A stretch of 33,892 bases of DNA from NCBI GenBank assembly GCA_964432645.1, contig CAYSOK010000002.1, positions 1 through 33,892 of the forward strand, given 5' to 3'. The notes under the pieces were generated by a model that worked only from the letters and a program-made list of their open reading frames with translations, made no database searches and had not been told where the DNA came from. This DNA comes from an uncultured Bacteroidaceae bacterium (lineage in GTDB: Bacteria > Bacteroidota > Bacteroidia > Bacteroidales > Bacteroidaceae). Below, piece by piece: positions 7,467-16,693 of this stretch; within the stretch, counting starts at the first letter, position 1; every line of letters starts with the position of its first letter. Both the position numbers and the translations under genes were made by a program.

Positions 7467-8420
7467 ATGGACAAAGGAGATATAGAAAAAGAAGAAATAG
7501 CAAACACCACGTTTAAGAAATGGGTCTATGCGGCACGTCCCAAGACGCTGTTGGCATCGGTCTCTCCCCTACTTCTGTCGGCTGCGGCAGGTTTGTGGTA
7601 TTCCTACAAGATGGGAGGCATGGAGTTGCACTGGGGAGCGTTTGTTCTATGTGTGCTCTTTGCGGGACTTATGCAGATAGATTCCAATCTGATAAACGAT
7701 TACGTGGATTATATAAAGGGGACGGACGATGATGACCGATTAGGTCCTCCGCGAGCATGTGCCATGGGGTGGATTACCCCGGAGGCTATGCGTGTGGGAA
7801 TTATTGTGGTTACGGTACTGGCATGTGCCGTGGGACTTCCGTTGGCGTTTATCGGTGGATGGACCATGGTGGCAATAGGCTGTCTGTGTGTGCTGTTTGC
7901 CTTCTTGTATTCCACGTGGTGCTCCTATCATGCACTGGGCGATGTATTGGTGTTGGTGTTCTTCGGATTGGTTCCGGTGTTCACCACCTATTATTTGCTG
8001 ACATTCCACCTGTCATGGGAAGTTATGGCGGTTGCCTTGGGTAGTGGAATTACCACGGATACGCTACTGATTACCAACAATTACCGTGACATGGATACCG
8101 ATGCCAAAGCCGGCAAGAGGACGTTGGTCACGATAAAGGGGCGTGAGTGGACGCGCAAACTGTATCTGTGGTCGGGCATCATTGCCGTATACTGCGCTTA
8201 TCCGCTGTTCGATGATAGCAGGGTGTCACGTCCCGTCTGGATTGCGTTGTCGGTACTGCGCATATATCAGCATCAGAAGTTCTACAAGGAGTTTATCTCA
8301 CTCCCCATCACGGGACTGAACAAACACTTGATGCACTGCAGTCTCTCCATCTTGTCGTATGCTCTCATCTACAGCATCGGACTGGGGATAGTGTGGGTCA
8401 TCGAGACATATATTATATAA
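7467..8420 (+). CDS. menA: 1,4-dihydroxy-2-naphthoate polyprenyltransferase (UbiA superfamily)
   Basis: The protein is polytopic. It has the UbiA-type Asp-rich motif NLINDYVDYIKGTDDDDRLGP and a second motif NNYRDMDTDAKAGKRTL. The gene starts 4 nt after the upstream stop. Confidence 0.85.
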   Translation: MDKGDIEKEEIANTTFKKWVYAARPKTLLASVSPLLLSAAAGLWYSYKMGGMELHWGAFVLCVLFAGLMQIDSNLINDYVDYIKGTDDDDRLGPPRACAMGWITPEAMRVGIIVVTVLACAVGLPLAFIGGWTMVAIGCLCVLFAFLYSTWCSYHALGDVLVLVFFGLVPVFTTYYLLTFHLSWEVMAVALGSGITTDTLLITNNYRDMDTDAKAGKRTLVTIKGREWTRKLYLWSGIIAVYCAYPLFDDSRVSRPVWIALSVLRIYQHQKFYKEFISLPITGLNKHLMHCSLSILSYALIYSIGLGIVWVIETYII

Positions 8421-8459
8421 GGAATAGAATTTGAACAATATAAATAGATTAAAAGAATT

Positions 8460-10157
8460 ATGGCGAACACGGACGATAAGAAAATTATCTTCTCTATGGT
8501 GGGGGTAAGTAAGACCATCCGCCAAACCAATAAACAAGTACTTAAGAACATCTATTTATCTTTCTTCTACGGAGCAAAGATAGGTATTATCGGTCTGAAC
8601 GGTGCCGGTAAATCTACCTTAATGAAGGTGATTGCGGGTATCGACAAGGATATTCAGGGAGAGGTGGTTTTCTCTCCGGGATACAGCGTGGGGTATCTGG
8701 AGCAGGAGCCTAAGTTGGACAATGAAAAGACTGTTATCGAAGTAGTTAAAGAGGGTGTGCAACCCATTGTGGATGCACTCGCCGAATACGAAGAGATTAA
8801 TCAGAAGTTCGGATTGCCGGAGTACTACGAGGATGCCGACAAGATGGACAAACTGTTTGCTCGCCAGGGCGAACTGCAGGATTTATTGGATAGTTCCGAT
8901 GCTTGGAATCTGGACAGCAAACTGGAACGTGCAATGGATGCTCTGCGCTGTCCGCCTGCCAATCAGAAGGTGGAGTTCCTCTCCGGAGGTGAAAGACGCC
9001 GCGTGGCACTGTGCCGTCTGTTGTTGCAGAAACCGGATGTGCTGCTGCTCGATGAGCCTACCAACCACTTGGATGCGGAGAGTATCGATTGGTTGGAGCA
9101 ACACTTGAATCAATACGAGGGTACAGTGATTGCAGTAACACACGACCGTTACTTCCTGGACGATGTTGCGGGTTGGATTCTGGAGTTGGATCGCGGTGAG
9201 GGTATTCCTTGGAAGGGTAACTACTCTTCATGGCTGGACCAGAAGACGCAACGCATGGCTCTGGAGGAGAAGGTGGCAAGCAAGCGCCGCAAAACGTTGG
9301 AGCGCGAATTGGAATGGGTGCGCATGGCTCCCAAGGCACGTCAGGCTAAGGGAAAGGCGCGTTTGAATTCTTACGATAAATTGCTAAACGAGGATCAGAA
9401 GGAGAAGGAGGAGAAGTTGGAAATCTTCATCCCGAACGGTCCGCGCTTGGGAAACAAGGTGATAGAAGCGGTACATGTCAACAAGGCGTTTGGCGACAAG
9501 GTGTTGCTGAAGGACTTGAACTTCATGCTTCCACCCAACGGAATCGTGGGTATAATTGGTCCGAACGGTGCGGGTAAGACAACACTCTTCCGCATGATTA
9601 TGGGACTGGAGACAATAGACGAGGGTACCTTTGAGGTGGGTGAAACCGTAAAATTGGCGTATGTAGACCAGACGCACAAGGATATCGACCCGGAAAAGAC
9701 CGTATATCAGGTAATTAGCGGTGGTAATGAGTTGATTCGCATGGGCGGTCGCGACCTTAATGCTCGTGCATATTTGAGCCGTTTCAACTTTGCGGGTGCC
9801 GACCAAGAGAAGAAGTGTGGTGTGCTCTCCGGTGGTGAGCGCAATCGTCTGCACTTGGCGATGGCACTCAAGGAGGAGGGCAATGTCCTGTTGCTCGATG
9901 AGCCGACCAACGATATCGATGTCAACACACTGCGTGCACTGGAGGAGGGTCTCGAGGAGTTTGCGGGATGCGCTGTTGTAATCAGCCACGACCGTTGGTT
10001 CCTGGATCGTATCTGTACCCACATCTTGGCGTTCGAGGGAGATGGTCATGTATTCTTCTTTGAGGGTAGCTACTCGGAATACGAGTCAAACAAGATGAAA
10101 CGTCTGGGTCTGGAGGAGCCTAAGAAGGTGAGATACCGCAAGTTAATGGAGGATTAA
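8460..10157 (+). CDS. ettA: ABC-F translational throttle ATPase EttA
   Basis: There are two ABC cassettes with no TM domain. Walker A motifs are GLNGAGKST and GPNGAGKTT. Signature motifs are LSGGERRR and LSGGERNR. The linker KRRKTLERELEWVRMAPKARQAKGKARL is EttA-like. Length is 565 aa. Confidence 0.93.
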   Translation: MANTDDKKIIFSMVGVSKTIRQTNKQVLKNIYLSFFYGAKIGIIGLNGAGKSTLMKVIAGIDKDIQGEVVFSPGYSVGYLEQEPKLDNEKTVIEVVKEGVQPIVDALAEYEEINQKFGLPEYYEDADKMDKLFARQGELQDLLDSSDAWNLDSKLERAMDALRCPPANQKVEFLSGGERRRVALCRLLLQKPDVLLLDEPTNHLDAESIDWLEQHLNQYEGTVIAVTHDRYFLDDVAGWILELDRGEGIPWKGNYSSWLDQKTQRMALEEKVASKRRKTLERELEWVRMAPKARQAKGKARLNSYDKLLNEDQKEKEEKLEIFIPNGPRLGNKVIEAVHVNKAFGDKVLLKDLNFMLPPNGIVGIIGPNGAGKTTLFRMIMGLETIDEGTFEVGETVKLAYVDQTHKDIDPEKTVYQVISGGNELIRMGGRDLNARAYLSRFNFAGADQEKKCGVLSGGERNRLHLAMALKEEGNVLLLDEPTNDIDVNTLRALEEGLEEFAGCAVVISHDRWFLDRICTHILAFEGDGHVFFFEGSYSEYESNKMKRLGLEEPKKVRYRKLMED

Positions 10158-10162
10158 TCCTT

Positions 10163-10507
10163 ATGGGAAAGAACAACAACGATTGGAAAGAACGATTGGG
10201 GGTGGTGTACAGCACGAACGCCAACTTCGCCTACGAAAGCGAGGAGGAGGAGGAACCGGCTACGCTTCCTGCCAATCAACAACGACTGCGTACACGCATA
10301 GAGAAGAACCATAGAGGCGGCAAGGTGGTGACCATCGTTGCCGGCTTTGTGGGTACGGAAGAGGATCTGAAGGCTATCGGTAAGATGCTGAAGACCAAAT
10401 GTGGTACGGGAGGTAGCGTGAAAGATAATGAGGTGATTGTTCAGGGAGATGTCAAGGAAAAGGTCATCGCCCTGTTGAAGGCGGCGGGATACTCCCAAAC
10501 CAAATAA
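10163..10507 (+). CDS. yciH: SUI1/eIF1-family translation initiation factor (YciH-like)
   Basis: The SUI1 core reads RIEKNHRGGKVVTIVAGF...LKTKCGTGGSVKDNEVIVQGD. Length is 114 aa. The gene starts 5 nt after the ettA stop. Confidence 0.88.
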   Translation: MGKNNNDWKERLGVVYSTNANFAYESEEEEEPATLPANQQRLRTRIEKNHRGGKVVTIVAGFVGTEEDLKAIGKMLKTKCGTGGSVKDNEVIVQGDVKEKVIALLKAAGYSQTK

Positions 10508-10524
10508 GTTGTAAGAACCGAGAT

Positions 10525-12687
10525 ATGAGTAGGAAACAGTTCATATTCACAATAATAGGTGTACTCTTGAGCATCACGGGATATGCGCAACGAGTAACCG
10601 ATGAAAACGATAACGACTACGCGCAACGCAAGTATGAGTTTGCGCGTAAGGATACGGGCAATGCCAAGGAGGGAAAGGTGGTGCCGATAGAGGTGCATCA
10701 GTGGAAAATCAATGAGCAATTTGGCGATGTGATTCTCCAGGATGCGGATACTCTTATGCATGGATTCCAAAATGCACACTTCACGTATGGACGTAACGGT
10801 GAGTACAATACGCTGGGTGGCTTCGGCTCTCCTCGTTTGTCGCGTATCTACATGAACCGTACGCAGAACAGTCGTTTTATGTTTGTGGATCCCTATTCTT
10901 ATTGGTACACGCGCGTGGAGGATTTCAACTTCACGAACACGAAGAGTCCATATACCAATATTACGTATCAGGAGAATGGTAGTAAGGAGAATGGTGATGA
11001 CCGTATACGTGCTTACTTTGCTACAAATATCAGCAAGAATGCGGGTATCGGCTTTAAGTTGGACTATCTCTACGGACGTGGTTTCTACGACAATCAACCG
11101 ACGTCTTTCTTTGACGGTTCTCTCTATGGTTATTACCGTGGGGATGAGTACGATATGCATGCGTGGTTCTCGGCAAAACACATGAAGATGGGTGAGAACG
11201 GTGGTATTGAGGACGATGAATACATACTGCATCCGGAGAGCTTTTCACGTTCTTACCAGATGCGAGATATCCCGACCAATTTGCAGAGTACTTGGAATCG
11301 AAACGATAGTAAGACGTTCTATCTGAATCATCATTACAACATGGGATTCTACCGTTCTATCCCGTTACCGGATTCTCTACGTACACCGATACCTGCGGAT
11401 TCGGTGTTGCTAAAATTGATTCCCGACAGTGTAAAACAGACGTGGGCAAATCTGCCGGAAAAACAACAGGAGGTGCTGGATTCTATAAAGCATGAGCGTC
11501 TCTATGAGGGGGCTACCGAGGTGTTTGTACCGGTGAGCAGCATCTTCCATACGATGAAGATTGAGAACTACGAGCGTATCTTCCAAACGAAATACTTCCC
11601 GGAGTCTTTCTATATGAATGATTACTATGGAAGTGGTTCCTATACGTATGATCAGACGAAACTCTTTACCATCAAGAATACGGTGGGATTGCAACTCAAG
11701 GAGGGTTTCAACAAATGGGCACAGGCGGGACTGTCTGCCTTTGCTACGTATGAGTTGAATGCGTATAAGATTCCTACGCTGGGGAGTAATGGCGAAACAC
11801 TGGAAAAGATAAGCGAGCACAACTTCTTGGTGGGCGGCAGACTGGAACGTAAACAGGGTTCACTGCTACACTACGATGTGGTGGGTGAAATAAATATAGC
11901 CGGTGAAGAGGTGGGGTCCTTTAAACTGGACGGCAAAGGTGAACTCAACTTCAAGGTGCTGGGCGATACGGCACATATCAAGTTGAATGCAAAAGTACAG
12001 CATCAGACTCCCTCCTTCTATTTCCGTCATTATCACGGTCGTACGGACTGGTGGGACAATAGTTTGGACAAAGAACTGCGCACTACGGTGGGCGGTGAAA
12101 TCAGCTGGGAAAAGACTCGTACCACCCTTAAGGCAAACGTAGAGAACATCACCAATTACACCTACTTTGCCACAGTAAAGGCTCCGGTATCACAGAGTAG
12201 CAGTCAGTATAGTATGGCTGCCGAGGTGAAGCAGGAAGGTGGTAGCATACAAGTGATTACAGCACAACTGCTGCAAAACTTCAAGTGGGGTATACTGAAT
12301 TGGGAAAATGAACTAACCTATCAACTATCAAGCGATAAGGAGGCTCTCCCGTTGCCCACCTTCAATGCATACTCCAATCTGTATCTTAAGTTTATGATTG
12401 CCAAAGTATTGAGTGTGGAGTTGGGTGTTGATGGTTTCTTCTTTACGAAATACTATGCTCCCGATTACATCCCGGGAATAGGACAGTATGCTACGCAGGC
12501 AGAGGAAACAAAAACCGAATTGGGAGGAACGCCGGCTTGCAGTGCCTACATCAACTTCCACCTGAAGCATTGCCGTTTCTATGTGCAATACTCGCACATC
12601 ACGGGCAACAAACTGTTCTTGGCACCGCACTACCCTATCACTCCCGGTGGACTGCAGTTCGGTCTGTCGTGGAACTTCTTTAATTAA
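10525..12687 (+). CDS. Putative outer-membrane beta-barrel protein (Bacteroidota putative-porin family)
   Basis: A signal peptide MSRKQFIFTIIGVLLSITGYAQ is present. The sequence is rich in Tyr/Gly/Asn and has alternating beta-strand-like segments. The C-terminus GLQFGLSWNFFN has the aromatic residue typical of a barrel terminus. Confidence 0.65.
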   Translation: MSRKQFIFTIIGVLLSITGYAQRVTDENDNDYAQRKYEFARKDTGNAKEGKVVPIEVHQWKINEQFGDVILQDADTLMHGFQNAHFTYGRNGEYNTLGGFGSPRLSRIYMNRTQNSRFMFVDPYSYWYTRVEDFNFTNTKSPYTNITYQENGSKENGDDRIRAYFATNISKNAGIGFKLDYLYGRGFYDNQPTSFFDGSLYGYYRGDEYDMHAWFSAKHMKMGENGGIEDDEYILHPESFSRSYQMRDIPTNLQSTWNRNDSKTFYLNHHYNMGFYRSIPLPDSLRTPIPADSVLLKLIPDSVKQTWANLPEKQQEVLDSIKHERLYEGATEVFVPVSSIFHTMKIENYERIFQTKYFPESFYMNDYYGSGSYTYDQTKLFTIKNTVGLQLKEGFNKWAQAGLSAFATYELNAYKIPTLGSNGETLEKISEHNFLVGGRLERKQGSLLHYDVVGEINIAGEEVGSFKLDGKGELNFKVLGDTAHIKLNAKVQHQTPSFYFRHYHGRTDWWDNSLDKELRTTVGGEISWEKTRTTLKANVENITNYTYFATVKAPVSQSSSQYSMAAEVKQEGGSIQVITAQLLQNFKWGILNWENELTYQLSSDKEALPLPTFNAYSNLYLKFMIAKVLSVELGVDGFFFTKYYAPDYIPGIGQYATQAEETKTELGGTPACSAYINFHLKHCRFYVQYSHITGNKLFLAPHYPITPGGLQFGLSWNFFN

Positions 12688-12711
12688 TGAATCAACGAAA
12701 GCTATTCTATT

Positions 12712-13515
12712 ATGAGCATTAAATATTTATCCATAGCAACCCTCCTGGCACTGACCCTAGCTTTGCCTACAGATGCCTATAGCAAGGGAAAGCACAAAAA
12801 GTCGGATTCCGAAATTACCGAGAATATGCCGGACATGATGGTGGCGCAGATTACGCAACCGAAATTGGAGACGAAATGCAATGAACCGCACTTGCGCAGA
12901 GGACACTTCTCCGGGATTCGTTCGGGCATAGATGTATCTCACTACCAGGGACGTATCAATTGGGAAGAGGTGGCAAAGAACGAGAATGTGGGCTATGCTT
13001 ACATGAAGGCTACGGAGAGTGTAGGACTTAAGGATGATACGTATGCATACAACATACGGGAGGCGCGCCGCAACGGTATAAAGGTGGGGTGCTACCATTT
13101 CTTTAGCCCTTCGACCTCGCCCGAGGAACAGCTGGCAAACTTCAAGAGTGTATTCAATCCTTCGGATCATGACTTGATTCCTATTGTCGATGTAGAACTC
13201 ATCGGCAAGCGTTCGGCGGCACAATTGTGCAGTTCTTTGAAACGTTTTTTGGACTTGATAGAGAAGGAATACGGATTCAAGCCGGTGATTTATACTTCGG
13301 GTAATTTCTATAATAAGTATTTGTCGTACGGTGATTTCAAGGATTACTACTACATGATAGCACGCTATAGCGATGAACGTCCGAACTTGATTGACGATCT
13401 CAAATTCATCATGTGGCAATACACGTCAAAGGGTTCGGTAAACGGTATCCGCGGTTCGGTGGATATGAGTTGTGTGATGGATGACTTCGATATAGGCGAA
13501 GTGATGATTAACTAG
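12712..13515 (+). CDS. Glycoside hydrolase family 25 muramidase (lysozyme)
   Basis: A signal peptide is followed by the GH25 core GIDVSHYQGRINWEEV...GYAYMKATES...GCYHFF...MWQYTSKGSVNGI. Confidence 0.88.
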   Translation: MSIKYLSIATLLALTLALPTDAYSKGKHKKSDSEITENMPDMMVAQITQPKLETKCNEPHLRRGHFSGIRSGIDVSHYQGRINWEEVAKNENVGYAYMKATESVGLKDDTYAYNIREARRNGIKVGCYHFFSPSTSPEEQLANFKSVFNPSDHDLIPIVDVELIGKRSAAQLCSSLKRFLDLIEKEYGFKPVIYTSGNFYNKYLSYGDFKDYYYMIARYSDERPNLIDDLKFIMWQYTSKGSVNGIRGSVDMSCVMDDFDIGEVMIN

Positions 13516-13529
13516 AAAGACACACTTGT

Positions 13530-13566
13530 AAAGAGTATCCGTTATTACTCGAAACGGATACTCTTT
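13530..13566. terminator. Bidirectional hairpin between convergent genes
   Basis: A perfect 14-bp stem pairs AAAGAGTATCCGTT (13530-13543) with AACGGATACTCTTT (13553-13566) around a 9-nt loop. The hairpin starts 15 nt after the GH25 stop. Its right arm encodes the last residues (KSIRFE) of the permease gene on the minus strand. Confidence 0.6.
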
Positions 13567-14789
13567 GCAGGATGTATATAGGATACCAAATGACACGGTA
13601 TAAGCAATGCCATGACACACAATAGGAAGGTGGCGGCATTGACGATTCCCCAATAAGCGGGTTGGAACAGTACGGGTACTCGCTCCAGATAGTAGGTGGA
13701 GGCGTCGAGATGTGCCCAACCCAAATACTGTTGACTAAAAATAAGTACCAGGGCTATAACGTTACCAACTACCAATCCTCGCAGTATTACGAAAGAGGCA
13801 AAGTAGAGGAATATCTGACGTATTTGTCGATTGGTGGCGCCCAGTGCTTTCAAGATTCCAATGAAATTGGTATGCTCTAATATAATAATGAGCAAACCGG
13901 CAATCATGGTGAAGGAGGCTACCAATATCATGAGAATGAGAATAATCCAAATGTTCAAATCCAGCATATCCAACCATTGGAACAATTGTGGATAGAGTTC
14001 CTCTATGCTGTAGGTGGCATACTTGGCGCCGTAGGCATCGAGTCTTGGATTGATAAAACGAATGGCGGATTGTAGACTGCTCTGCGCATCGGCTCCCGGA
14101 GTGAGTGACATCTCTACACCACTCACCTGATCAGACTCCCACCCATTGAGCTTGGTGACGGTGTTTATATCGGTGAACACCAAATTCTTATCAAACTCCT
14201 TCATGTTGGTTTGATATATTCCAACCACGTGGAAACGACGTACTCGTATGGTACCTTCGAAGAAGTAAGCAAAGACTTTACTGTCCACCCCGAGATGTAA
14301 CTCGTCGGCAACCATACGTGAAATCACAATGGGAACACCGCCTTCTTGTTGACTGAAATCGGGCAAATTACCCTCCTTCAAATTCTTTTTCAAAAAGGTA
14401 AAATCATACTCTTTTCCAACGCCCTTGAGTTGTACACCACGGAAGTTGTCATCGGTCTTAAGCATGCCGGGCTTCAGTGTATACCGCTGAGCATGCTTCA
14501 CTCCCGGCAACTTACCGACAACCTTCAGGAGAGAATCGTCAAAGGCGATTGGATAGGTCTCGTTGGAGCGGAACGACTGCATATTCATCACCTGCAATTG
14601 TCCACCAAAGCCCTCCACCTTGTCACGAATCTCCTTCTTGAAACCGAACATTACAGAAATGGAGATAATCATTACCGCCAATCCCAGAGCCACACCGGCT
14701 GTAGCAACAAGAATAGCGGGGCGAGAGACCTCTCTTTTTCCCTCGCGTCCGCTAAACAGTCTTTTCGATATGTAAAACGGTAGAATCAT
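13545..14789 (-). CDS. FtsX/LolC/LolE-family ABC transporter permease
   Basis: The protein has an N-terminal TM helix, a large periplasmic domain, and three C-terminal TM helices with the FtsX-like segment GILKALGATNRQIRQIF. No ATPase partner is present in the window. Confidence 0.85.
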   Translation of the reverse strand: MILPFYISKRLFSGREGKREVSRPAILVATAGVALGLAVMIISISVMFGFKKEIRDKVEGFGGQLQVMNMQSFRSNETYPIAFDDSLLKVVGKLPGVKHAQRYTLKPGMLKTDDNFRGVQLKGVGKEYDFTFLKKNLKEGNLPDFSQQEGGVPIVISRMVADELHLGVDSKVFAYFFEGTIRVRRFHVVGIYQTNMKEFDKNLVFTDINTVTKLNGWESDQVSGVEMSLTPGADAQSSLQSAIRFINPRLDAYGAKYATYSIEELYPQLFQWLDMLDLNIWIILILMILVASFTMIAGLLIIILEHTNFIGILKALGATNRQIRQIFLYFASFVILRGLVVGNVIALVLIFSQQYLGWAHLDASTYYLERVPVLFQPAYWGIVNAATFLLCVMALLIPCHLVSYIHPAKSIRFE

Positions 14790-14792
14790 CTG

Positions 14793-15998
14793 CTACTCCA
14801 CCGTTTCCTTATAGGGATATGCCTCTAATGCCTTGCGCAGCACTACGAGAGCATCACTCAAATCTTCCTTTTTCAGCACGTAAGCAATACGAACTTCATT
14901 GCGTCCCTTGCCGGGGGTGGTATAGAAACCGGCAGCAGGAGCCATCATCACGGTCTTGCCTTCGTACTCAAATTCGTTCAAACACCATGCACAAAATCTC
15001 TCGGCATCGTCTACCGGCAACTTAGCTACAGTGTAGAAAGCTCCCATAGGAATGGGTGAATACACTCCGGGAATACGATTCAGTCCGTCTATCAAGCACT
15101 TACGACGTTCAACATATTCATCGTAAGTCTCGCGAGCATACTCCTCGCCGGCATCCAAAGAGGCTTCGGCAGCAATCTGTCCAATCAGCGGAGGACTCAA
15201 ACGTGCCTGACAGAACTTCATGACGGCGGCTCTTACTTCAGCATTCTTGGTAATAAGGGCTCCAATACGGATTCCGCACTCGCTGTATCGCTTGCTCACG
15301 GAGTCTATCAGTATGACATTCTGCTCAATACCTTCCAAATGGCAGGCGGAAATATAGGGGGAACCGGTGTAAATAAACTCGCGATATACCTCATCGGAGA
15401 AGAGATACAAGTCGTACTTCTTTACGAGGTCGCGAATCTGGTTCATCTCTCTACGAGTGTAGAGATAACCGGTTGGATTGTTCGGATTACATATAAGAAT
15501 CGCACGGGTGCGCTCGTTTATCAGTTCCTCAAATTTCTCCACCTTAGGAAGAGAAAAACCTTCGTCTATCGTGGTGGCAATGGTACGTATGACGGCACCT
15601 GCGGAAATGGCAAACGCCATATAGTTGGCATAGGCTGGCTCCGGAACAATGATTTCATCTCCGGGGTTTAAGCAGGAGAGGAAGGCAAAAAGCACAGCCT
15701 CACTACCACCGCAGGTTACGATGATATCATCGGCATCTACGTGAATGTTATACTTTTCGTAGTACCCCACCAATTTCTGACGGTAACTGAGGTATCCCTG
15801 ACTGGGACTATACTCCAAAACCGTTCTGTCAATATTGCGTATAGCATCGAGTGCCGCACGCGGAGTGGGCAAATCGGGCTGACCTATATTCAAATGATAA
15901 ACGTGTACTCCACGTTTCTTTGCTGCTGCTGCAAGCGGTGCCAACTTACGAATGGGCGATTGCGGCATTTCATGTCCTCGTATGGATATTTTCGGCAT
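14793..15998 (-). CDS. Class I/II PLP-dependent aminotransferase (aspartate-aminotransferase-like)
   Basis: Motifs NPNNPTG and SVSKRYSECGIRIG (PLP lysine) are present. Length is 401 aa. The stop lies 3 nt upstream of the permease start. Confidence 0.88.
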   Translation of the reverse strand: MPKISIRGHEMPQSPIRKLAPLAAAAKKRGVHVYHLNIGQPDLPTPRAALDAIRNIDRTVLEYSPSQGYLSYRQKLVGYYEKYNIHVDADDIIVTCGGSEAVLFAFLSCLNPGDEIIVPEPAYANYMAFAISAGAVIRTIATTIDEGFSLPKVEKFEELINERTRAILICNPNNPTGYLYTRREMNQIRDLVKKYDLYLFSDEVYREFIYTGSPYISACHLEGIEQNVILIDSVSKRYSECGIRIGALITKNAEVRAAVMKFCQARLSPPLIGQIAAEASLDAGEEYARETYDEYVERRKCLIDGLNRIPGVYSPIPMGAFYTVAKLPVDDAERFCAWCLNEFEYEGKTVMMAPAAGFYTTPGKGRNEVRIAYVLKKEDLSDALVVLRKALEAYPYKETVE

Positions 15999-16026
15999 AT
16001 TCGTTTTCTGTATAAATAATTACGTG

Positions 16027-16058
16027 CAAAGATACAACTTTATAGTACAATTTACAAA
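16027..16058 (-). promoter_or_regulatory. Bacteroides-type promoter for the aminotransferase-permease unit
   Basis: On the minus strand, TTTG (16058-16055) is followed by 20 nt and then TATCTTTG (16034-16027). This is a full match to TTTG ... TAnnTTTG. The site is 29 nt upstream of the start codon at 15998. Confidence 0.6.
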
Positions 16059-16129
16059 CAATTTCGCTCTTTTAATATTAACTACATTATTGTTTTCATT
16101 AAAATGATGGATTGAATCGGTTTTTTTCG

Positions 16130-16137
16130 TAATTTTG
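16130..16137 (+). promoter_or_regulatory. Candidate -7 promoter element for DUF4494-yggS
   Basis: TAATTTTG matches TAnnTTTG. It lies about 80 nt upstream of ATG 16216. No good -33 TTTG sits at the expected spacing. Confidence 0.4.
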
Positions 16138-16215
16138 CAGTCGAATAAAAAGGATTGTCCGCTTTTAACGCGGATGGTAGAACAATATACACATATAATA
16201 AGGAAAGAAAGAATT

Positions 16216-16683
16216 ATGATGTACGAATGGTTTGAGTGTAAAATCAAATACGACAAGACCATGGAGAATGGTTTTGTAAAGAAGGTAACGGAACCCTACT
16301 TGGTGGATGCGCTGAGCTTTACGGAGGCAGAGAAAAGAATCATTGAGGAGATTTCTCCGTTTATGAGTGGCGAATATCAGGTGTCTGATATAAAGCGTGC
16401 TAAGATTTCGGAATTGTTTGACTGCGACTTGGAGGCAGCGGACAGATGGTTTAAAGCCAAGTTGAACTTCATTACACTGGACGAGAAGAGTGGAAAGGAG
16501 AAGAAGACATCTAATTTCGTATTGGTTCGTGCTATCGATATACGTGATGCTATCAAGCGTCTGGACGAGGGTATGAAAGGAAGCATGATGGATTATGTCA
16601 TCTCCAATATAGCCGAGACTCCTATCATGGATGTGTTCCAGTATGATATGAGTGCTCGCGTAGAGAAGAAACCGGAAGAATAA
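16216..16683 (+). CDS. DUF4494-family protein
   Basis: The start is chosen at ATG 16216 (MMYEWFECKIKYDKTMENGFVKKVTEPYLVDALSFTEAE), a conserved Bacteroidota DUF4494 N-terminus. The longer ORF from 16135 would run through the promoter element. Confidence 0.75.
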   Translation: MMYEWFECKIKYDKTMENGFVKKVTEPYLVDALSFTEAEKRIIEEISPFMSGEYQVSDIKRAKISELFDCDLEAADRWFKAKLNFITLDEKSGKEKKTSNFVLVRAIDIRDAIKRLDEGMKGSMMDYVISNIAETPIMDVFQYDMSARVEKKPEE

Positions 16684-16693
16684 ACAGACGATT

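Noticed and set aside
10441-11232. 263-aa minus-strand ORF, and similar antisense ORFs at 9384-10049, 12757-13419, 16165-16875 and 17120-17641
   Set aside because: All lie in the codon-aligned antisense frame of well-supported genes (ettA, porin, GH25, DUF4494/yggS, the acyl-CoA-synthetase-like gene). They have no motifs and their composition mirrors the sense codons.
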